Assembly: GCA_965206845.1 (NCBI GenBank) | Contig: OZ242221.1 | Coordinates: 896,001-960,000, forward strand | Length of the DNA: 64,000 bases | Direction of reading: 5' to 3' | Origin: Cenarchaeum sp. | GTDB taxonomy: Archaea; Thermoproteota; Nitrososphaeria; Nitrososphaerales; Nitrosopumilaceae | Part shown: positions 58,023 through 64,000 of the stretch, piece by piece | How the letters are laid out: every line of letters begins with the position of its first letter | Position numbering within the stretch: position 1 is the stretch's first letter | Translations under genes and position numbers: made by a program | Notes under the pieces: model-generated | Databases searched by the model: none | What the model was told of the DNA's origin: nothing | What the model saw: the letters and a program-made list of their open reading frames with translations, nothing else

Positions 58023-58761
58023 TGGCCTGTCCGAGGAGCCGTACTCGGGAATTCTCGGATACCCCCGGGCCGCCAAAAGGCAGATCGCATCCAGGATCCG
58101 CGAGCTGAAGCGGCTGGGCATCTCCGGCGTCTCCTTTGAGGGGGGCACCCGGGTAGGAAGGGTGTCCATCTTGGGAAAGGGCTACGTGGGGCTGGTGGTG
58201 CTGGCAGAGACCGCACCAGGCGACGCGGTGGCGCTGAAGATCAGGCGCCTCGACTCCCAGAGGGACGGGCTGCAGGAGGAGGCCAGGCTGCTGAGGGAGG
58301 CAAACCGTGCGGGCGTCGGACCCTCCCTGCATTCTGGCAGCCGGGACTTTTTGGTCATGGAGTTTCTGGACGGTGAGAGGATAGGCCGGTGGGTGCAGAA
58401 CCTCTCGGGCAGGGGGGTCGTTGCGGCGCTCAAGCGGACGGCGCGCCAGGTATTGGAGGACTGCTTCAGGCTGGATCAGGCGGGCCTGGACCACGGCGAG
58501 CTGAGCAGCCTCCTCAAGCACGTGATTGTGGCGGGAACCAGAGCCACCATGATAGATTTTGAGAGCGCAAGCATGCACAGACGCGTATCAAACGTGACCT
58601 CGGCGACACAGGGGATCTTTATCGGCTCTGCGATATCAAAGAGTGCGCGCAGGCTATACCGGGTGCCGCCACAGGAAGAGATCATCGCAGGACTGCGCAG
58701 ATACAAGCAGCAACCCACAAGAAAGAGTTTTGATGCCCTGCTCTCCATCCTGAAGCTATGA
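57997..58761 (+). CDS. RIO-like/archaeal Ser/Thr kinase
   Basis: LGKGYVG, ALKIRR, DHGEL, IDFESA. Confidence 0.85.
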   Translation: MLRYFVPVDGLSEEPYSGILGYPRAAKRQIASRIRELKRLGISGVSFEGGTRVGRVSILGKGYVGLVVLAETAPGDAVALKIRRLDSQRDGLQEEARLLREANRAGVGPSLHSGSRDFLVMEFLDGERIGRWVQNLSGRGVVAALKRTARQVLEDCFRLDQAGLDHGELSSLLKHVIVAGTRATMIDFESASMHRRVSNVTSATQGIFIGSAISKSARRLYRVPPQEEIIAGLRRYKQQPTRKSFDALLSILKL

Positions 58762-59357
58762 CGCATCAGGAGGCAATCAGGCACCTGAAGGGAGATCCCA
58801 CGCTGGCAGGGATAATAGACCGGGTCGGCGCATACAGCCTGAAGACAAGGCCAAACAGATTCCGCGCCCTGGTGGAGGCGATAGTGTCCCAGCAGCTCTC
58901 GGGGCGTGTGGCAGACGGGATTCTAAGGAACATGCGCGGCATCTACTCGGGAAGGTTTCCCAGCCCGCGCCAGGTCATCGCAACCCCAGACTCGAGGCTC
59001 CGGGAGGCAGGGCTCTCGGGAATGAAGATCGGCTACATCCGGGACATCTCCGGCCGGATCGAGTCGGGGGATCTCAGGATGCGATCCCTCTCCAGAATGT
59101 CTGACGAGCGGGTCATCGACAAGCTTACAGGCATCAAGGGAGTCGGGGTGTGGACCGCGCAGATGTTTCTGATCTTCTCGCTGGGCAGGCAGGACGTGCT
59201 GCCTACAGGGGATCTGGGCATAAGGAAGAGGTTCCAGGCGCTGTACGGCATTACCGACGAAGCGGGGATGATAAGGCTGGCAGAGGGATGGAGGCCCTAC
59301 CGAACCGTGGCGGCATGGTACCTGTGGAAGAGCGCGCACTTTGAGAACATAGGGTAA
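58758..59357 (+). CDS. alkA: DNA-3-methyladenine glycosylase (AlkA/HhH-GPD family)
   Basis: IVSQQLS, IKGVGVWTA, LPTGDLG, WRPYR. Confidence 0.9.
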   Translation: MTHQEAIRHLKGDPTLAGIIDRVGAYSLKTRPNRFRALVEAIVSQQLSGRVADGILRNMRGIYSGRFPSPRQVIATPDSRLREAGLSGMKIGYIRDISGRIESGDLRMRSLSRMSDERVIDKLTGIKGVGVWTAQMFLIFSLGRQDVLPTGDLGIRKRFQALYGITDEAGMIRLAEGWRPYRTVAAWYLWKSAHFENIG

Positions 59358-59405
59358 CGGCCCCGCCGGACAACCCAAGATTCATTTAGAATATTTCACC
59401 CGGGT

Positions 59406-60461
59406 ATGTCGTACATGGCAGACGCGCAGCCGATAAGGACCATCCAGTGGAGGGACAACAGGGTGGTGATGATAGACCAGACAAAGCTCCCGACCAAGCT
59501 TGCGTTCGTCGAGTATGACGACTACAACCAGGTGGCAGATGCCATACGGAACTTGGTGATCCGTGGGGCGCCGGCCATAGGGGTGGCCGGAGCCTTTGGC
59601 CTGGCCCTGGCGGCGCTGCACAGCGATGCCGCAACCAAGGATCTGCTGGTTGAAGACATGCAGACTGCGCAGAGGACGCTCTTTGAGACAAGGCCCACGG
59701 CCATAAACCTCAAGTGGGGCCTGGATCACATAATGGCAGTAGCCAGACGGGGAACCGGCGTGGATGACACCCGCAGCTCCGTCTTGGACGCCGCAAAGCA
59801 GATGGCAGAGGACGACATCCGAATAAACAAGAGCATGGGGAGGCACGGCGCGGGACTATTCGGGGACGACACCATAATGACACACTGCAACGCTGGCGCC
59901 CTGGCGACCGTGGCATACGGTACCGCCCTGGGTGTCATCCGCGCCGCCAGGGAGTCAGGAAAGAAGATCAGGGTCATCGCTACTGAGACAAGGCCAGTGC
60001 AACAGGGCTCCAGGCTTACGGCATTCGAGCTCAAACACGATGGCATAGACGTCAGCCTGATCCCAGACACGGCGGTGGGCTACTCGATGGCAAACCACCT
60101 GGTGGACAAGGTCATAGTGGGAGCAGACCGCATACTGAGAACCGGCCACGTCTACAACAAGATTGGCACCTACCAGGTGGCCACCATGGCAAGACAGCAC
60201 GGTATACCGTTCTACGTGGCGGCGCCGCTCTCCACCTTTGACATGGAGAGCGATCCTGCCGACGTGGTCATAGAACAGAGGCGGCCAAGTGAGGTGACCG
60301 GGACGGGAGATAGGATGACCGCCCCCGAGGGCATAGACGTCATAAACCCCGCATTTGACATGACCCCGCCGGAGCTGGTCTCGGGCATCATAACCGAGAG
60401 GGGCGTGGTATCCCCACCCTACGAGCGATCCATCCGGGAGCTGTTCGGGCGCAAAAACTAA
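59406..60461 (+). CDS. mtnA: S-methyl-5-thioribose-1-phosphate isomerase
   Basis: IRGAPAIG, RPTA, THCNAGALAT, ETRP, NKIGTY, NPAFD. Confidence 0.93.
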   Translation: MSYMADAQPIRTIQWRDNRVVMIDQTKLPTKLAFVEYDDYNQVADAIRNLVIRGAPAIGVAGAFGLALAALHSDAATKDLLVEDMQTAQRTLFETRPTAINLKWGLDHIMAVARRGTGVDDTRSSVLDAAKQMAEDDIRINKSMGRHGAGLFGDDTIMTHCNAGALATVAYGTALGVIRAARESGKKIRVIATETRPVQQGSRLTAFELKHDGIDVSLIPDTAVGYSMANHLVDKVIVGADRILRTGHVYNKIGTYQVATMARQHGIPFYVAAPLSTFDMESDPADVVIEQRRPSEVTGTGDRMTAPEGIDVINPAFDMTPPELVSGIITERGVVSPPYERSIRELFGRKN

Positions 60462-60488
60462 AAATTTTTATTGTTTTTTTTGTAGACT

Positions 60489-61127
60489 ATGGGTGTGGTA
60501 ACAACTAAAGCAGTGAGAGACTCCCTCAGGCAGTGCATGGATCCCGAGGTTCCAATCAATATAGTGGACATGGGGCTCATATACGGAATAGACGTGGCAG
60601 CCGACAACAACGTGAACATAAAGATGACCATGACAACCCAGAGCTGCCCCCTTCATGACACGATGGTGTCTGATGTGACCAGGTACGCAAAAAAGGTTCC
60701 CGGCGTGAACGCAGTCAATGTGGATGTAGTCTGGGATCCGCCATGGACCATGGACAAGATGTCAGATGCAGCCAAGGATACCCTGAAGCAGATGGGCGGC
60801 GGAATGGCCACGCCGGCCCCCGTGGACTACAAGACCGCAATGCCCCAGGGAGTGGGCAAGCTGGTCAAGCAGGAGGACGGCTCGATGGTGCTGACAAACG
60901 AGCACGAGCAGGGATTCATGGTAAACCAAGCCATCGTGGACTTTTGGAAGTCGTGCAACGGCAAGAGGAGGATCACAGAACTGGTGGACGTGTTTGCAGA
61001 GCGGACCGGCCTGCGGCGCAACCAGGTGGAGAAAGAGGTGATGCAGCTGGTTCAGCAGATGCGCGACGGCGGGCTTGTGGTGATATCCACCAACCATGAC
61101 GCGCCAAACGTAGAGTTCAGAAAGTAG
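60489..61127 (+). CDS. DUF59/SufT Fe-S assembly domain fused to a PqqD-like domain
   Basis: DPEVPINIVDMGLIY, TMTTQSCP, VWDPPW; C-terminal VNQAIVDFWKSCNG..L..MRDGGLV. Confidence 0.82.
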   Translation: MGVVTTKAVRDSLRQCMDPEVPINIVDMGLIYGIDVAADNNVNIKMTMTTQSCPLHDTMVSDVTRYAKKVPGVNAVNVDVVWDPPWTMDKMSDAAKDTLKQMGGGMATPAPVDYKTAMPQGVGKLVKQEDGSMVLTNEHEQGFMVNQAIVDFWKSCNGKRRITELVDVFAERTGLRRNQVEKEVMQLVQQMRDGGLVVISTNHDAPNVEFRK

Positions 61128-61201
61128 CAACGTAATTTTTCAGATTTTTGGTCGAACCAGGCCACAGCTCCAGCTCAAGATCCACCGCCGTGCGGCCGCC
61201 A

Positions 61202-61849
61202 TCAAAAGATGTGCCCCGAGTCTGCGCCGTCAAAGTTTATGGTGACGCCTGACAGGTATCCTATCTTGCTCTGCACTATGCCCCGGACAAAATCCCCGAT
61301 CTCCGACGGCCTGCCCATCCGTCCCATGGGGAGGGATGCGGCGCGCCCGCTTACATCCTGGAACAGTTCCCGGGTGCGGTCCGTGTCGATTAGGCCGGGG
61401 GCGATGTTTATGCAGCTGACGCCCCTCCGGGCAAACTCCCTGCTGAGCACCTTGAAGACGCTGGAGAACGCGGCCCTGTAGGCGCCAGATATCACGAGCT
61501 TGGGGTTCGGCTCCTTGATGACGCCGGAGCTAATCAGGAAGATGTATCCGCCGTCCCTCACGGCGATGCCCTTTAGCAGCAGGCAGAATCCCACGAAGAG
61601 CTGGTTGTGGTACTTGAGCCAGTCCTCCTCTGTGACATCGCCAAACTCCTTGGGGGGCGGCCCGCCCGTATTTAGAACCAGGATGTCGGTCTCCGGGTGT
61701 TCCCCGGCAAACCGCCGTACGCTGTCAAGATCCGATGTGTCCAGCTGGCTCCTGGAGGTGGCCAGCACGCTGCATCCCATGGACCGGAGGGACGCGGCGA
61801 TGGCCTTGCCGATTCCCCGGGAGCCGCCCGCCACTATGGCATCAGTCAT
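61202..61849 (-). CDS. SDR family oxidoreductase (atypical)
   Basis: GGSRGIG, NTGGP, APGLIDTDR, DG. Confidence 0.88.
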   Translation of the reverse strand: MTDAIVAGGSRGIGKAIAASLRSMGCSVLATSRSQLDTSDLDSVRRFAGEHPETDILVLNTGGPPPKEFGDVTEEDWLKYHNQLFVGFCLLLKGIAVRDGGYIFLISSGVIKEPNPKLVISGAYRAAFSSVFKVLSREFARRGVSCINIAPGLIDTDRTRELFQDVSGRAASLPMGRMGRPSEIGDFVRGIVQSKIGYLSGVTINFDGADSGHIF

Positions 61850-61875
61850 ACGGGTATACCGGGCACGGTACGGGA

Positions 61876-62115
61876 TTAAATCTCTTTAATCTCGGTGATG
61901 GTGGCAAATACCGAGTCCATTCTCACCACCGCCTTCTTGCCGGGCCAGCCCAGGGCCACGTACCAGTCGCCGGTCTCGTCGTGGTATTTGGTCTCCAAGG
62001 CCTTGATGTCCTGCGGACCGACGTCATACATTTTGGCGATGCCTGCCATTCCCAGAGATATGGCGCTCTTCTCGTTCTCCAACCGTCTCTTCATCAGGCC
62101 GATGCCAGGAGTCAT
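61876..62115 (-). CDS. Small hypothetical protein
   Basis: MTPGIGLMKRRLENEK; protein-like 79-aa tail of a longer ORF. Confidence 0.65.
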   Translation of the reverse strand: MTPGIGLMKRRLENEKSAISLGMAGIAKMYDVGPQDIKALETKYHDETGDWYVALGWPGKKAVVRMDSVFATITEIKEI

Positions 62116-62192
62116 GATGTGTGGCGCGGCTATGTGTCTAATAAACTGGTTGGACGTGGATCTCTCCAAGCCGGCAGGTATTGCAGGATCGC

Positions 62193-63392
62193 CTAGATGC
62201 TGATCCAGCCAGACTTCCAGTAGGAGAGCGCGATATTCAGGATGAACAGGGCAAACGTGAACGCGTAGATCCCCAGCATTATGCCGTTTACGCTCTTCTC
62301 TGGAACCTTCTGGTCTATTATGCTGTGGATGAACTTGCCGCCGTCCAGTATGGGTAGCGGCAGCATGTTGATAATTCCAATAAAGAACGAGATCATCCAC
62401 AGCCACAGCAGAAACAGCGAGAGCTGGGCGTTGTCCCACTGGATAAAGTCGTAGATGGGCTTGTAGGCAAAGGAGCTGTCCCTCATGATTCCGATGAGGC
62501 CGCGCCCGGAATCGTCGGGGGCCGGCATTATCTCCACAGGAAACTCCAGGGACTCCTCTCCCCTCAGCACGGTAATATCCACGGTCTGGCCTGGCGACAG
62601 ATCAAGCCCCGCAAAGTCCGCCGGCGTTGCAATCCGGGCATCGTCTATCTGGATTATGATGTCATTGGCAAGCATGCCTGCGCTCTCCGCGCCAAAGCCC
62701 TCGATGATGGAGAGCACCATCATGCCGTCAGGAGACTCGTAAAAGGCCCCCACGACAGGCTCCGGCAGGACGATGGCAAAGATCGGATTGGTGAGCAGCA
62801 GCGCGGCCAGAACCATGGAGAATGCCACGTTCGCGGTTGCGCCCGCGCCGATTACCCGCAGCTTTGAGATCTTCTTTGCCTTGGCGAACTCCTCCTCGTC
62901 GGGCTCCACAAAACCCGCAAACAGAGCTATAAAGATGGCAAACCCGCCCGTCTTGATCTTGATCTTCTCCAGAGTGGCCACTATGCCGTGCGCCCCCTCG
63001 TGCATCACCAGCACTATAGGAATGGAGAGAAGGAAGTACAGGATCGCAGTGGACGATGTCAGAGTGACGCCGGGAATGAGCACCGTCACCTCTGCAAAGG
63101 CACTAGGCTCTACAAAGAAGTTTGATATGTTTGAGAGCAGAAACCAGAACGCAAAACCCATCATCGCAAACCCCGCCACCACGCTGAGGTCGGCAAAGAC
63201 CGCGATGCCTCTTCTGGTCCTGGACAGTACCTTGGTCAGCAGATCCTGGATCCCCCGGTTCTTGTAGACCAGGCTGTATGCCTTGATCTCAAAACCGTGC
63301 CTGTCCAGCCGCAGCCCCTTGGCCGTTACGACCATCACCACCCAAGCTATGAGCACATAGATGATGGCATTCTCCGTGATGAAATCGAGCAC
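62193..63392 (-). CDS. Site-2 protease (M50) with PDZ domain
   Basis: HEGAH, GFVEPD, PDZ segment, NMLPLPILDGG. Confidence 0.93.
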   Translation of the reverse strand: MLDFITENAIIYVLIAWVVMVVTAKGLRLDRHGFEIKAYSLVYKNRGIQDLLTKVLSRTRRGIAVFADLSVVAGFAMMGFAFWFLLSNISNFFVEPSAFAEVTVLIPGVTLTSSTAILYFLLSIPIVLVMHEGAHGIVATLEKIKIKTGGFAIFIALFAGFVEPDEEEFAKAKKISKLRVIGAGATANVAFSMVLAALLLTNPIFAIVLPEPVVGAFYESPDGMMVLSIIEGFGAESAGMLANDIIIQIDDARIATPADFAGLDLSPGQTVDITVLRGEESLEFPVEIMPAPDDSGRGLIGIMRDSSFAYKPIYDFIQWDNAQLSLFLLWLWMISFFIGIINMLPLPILDGGKFIHSIIDQKVPEKSVNGIMLGIYAFTFALFILNIALSYWKSGWISI

Positions 63393-63436
63393 TGGTAATC
63401 TGTTACTTTTTTTAACTGCGTCATTTATCGTTTTGT

Positions 63437-63748
63437 ATGAAGCCTGCCATCATACTCTCCACGTATCCAGACAGGGAGTCCATCACCAAGATCGCAGACA
63501 GGCTGGTCCGGGACAGGCTTGCCGCCTGCGTCAACATATCCCGGGTTGAGTCGATATATTCGTGGCAGGGCAAGATAGAGAACGCGCCGGAGTTTCTGGC
63601 CCTGTTCAAGACCACGCAGGCAAACAAGGACAGGCTCAGGGAGCAGATAGAGAAGACTCACCCGTACCAGGTTCCGGAGGTAATCGAGATTGCCGCCCCC
63701 TCGATAAACGAGCCTTACCTAAAGTGGTTGGCAGAGTCCACGCTCTAA
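63437..63748 (+). CDS. cutA: Divalent-cation tolerance protein CutA
   Basis: LAACVNI, SIYSWQG, HPYQVPE. Confidence 0.93.
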   Translation: MKPAIILSTYPDRESITKIADRLVRDRLAACVNISRVESIYSWQGKIENAPEFLALFKTTQANKDRLREQIEKTHPYQVPEVIEIAAPSINEPYLKWLAESTL

Positions 63749-64000
63749 GATACGGAGAACCTCAGGAGCGCCACCACGCCCCCCAGGCCGTCTACCCTCA
63801 GCCCCACGTCGGTGCTTGAGTCCACGCTGTATGTCTTGGCCCCTTGGGCCTGAACCTCGTTGATGAGGCCGATGGCCGCGTCCTCGTCTGTCTCCTGCAG
63901 GAGCTTTTCGGAGAATACCAGGGAGTCTACGGCCCCAAGGCGGCCGGCCCTCTTGGTCTCCTCGATCCCCATGGCAAACCTGGCGCTCTTCTTGCTTGCC
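63745..64000 (-). CDS. pelA: Pelota/Dom34, C-terminal part (truncated by the window edge)
   Basis: eRF1 domain 3 pattern GAVDSLVFS and LGGVVALLRF. Confidence 0.8.
   Translation of the reverse strand, partial: ASKKSARFAMGIEETKRAGRLGAVDSLVFSEKLLQETDEDAAIGLINEVQAQGAKTYSVDSSTDVGLRVDGLGGVVALLRFSVS

Noticed and set aside
57221-58216. 331-aa antisense ORF and similar shadow ORFs across the window
   Set aside because: Antisense shadows of well-supported genes

Overview
Core-genome window from an ammonia-oxidising archaeon (Nitrososphaerota/Thaumarchaeota, Nitrosopumilaceae-like gene content). Its relatively high GC, long GC-rich spacers and recent mobile elements suggest, by inference, a host-associated lineage. 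The centre holds the replication origin: polD small subunit, cdc6, an oriC with four ORB-like boxes, three uncharacterised HTH genes (one membrane-anchored), GGGP synthase and polD large subunit. Other housekeeping genes include pcn, lysC, two TFBs, rpoL/rpoM, ferritin, hsp20-cdc48, NDH-2, glyA, thermosome, two glutamine synthetases, GINS, tRNA-Pro(GGG), cysC, prs, a tRNA-processing cluster (rnz, thpR, cca), mtnA and pelota. Mobile DNA comprises an intact ISH3-like IS with perfect TIRs and a TSD, two MITE-like elements, and a TIR-bounded element carrying a 322-bp copy of the adjacent tfb. The best candidates for undescribed systems are: (1) a KamA-family aminomutase plus a divergent second glutamine synthetase facing an unusual MscS, a putative beta-glutamate/beta-glutamine osmolyte make-and-release module; (2) oriC-linked wHTH and membrane-anchored wHTH genes next to clustered TTAACA palindromes, a putative origin-membrane tether; (3) the Pack-type element that captured a tfb fragment. 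All product calls come from motif recognition by eye; no database searches were run.
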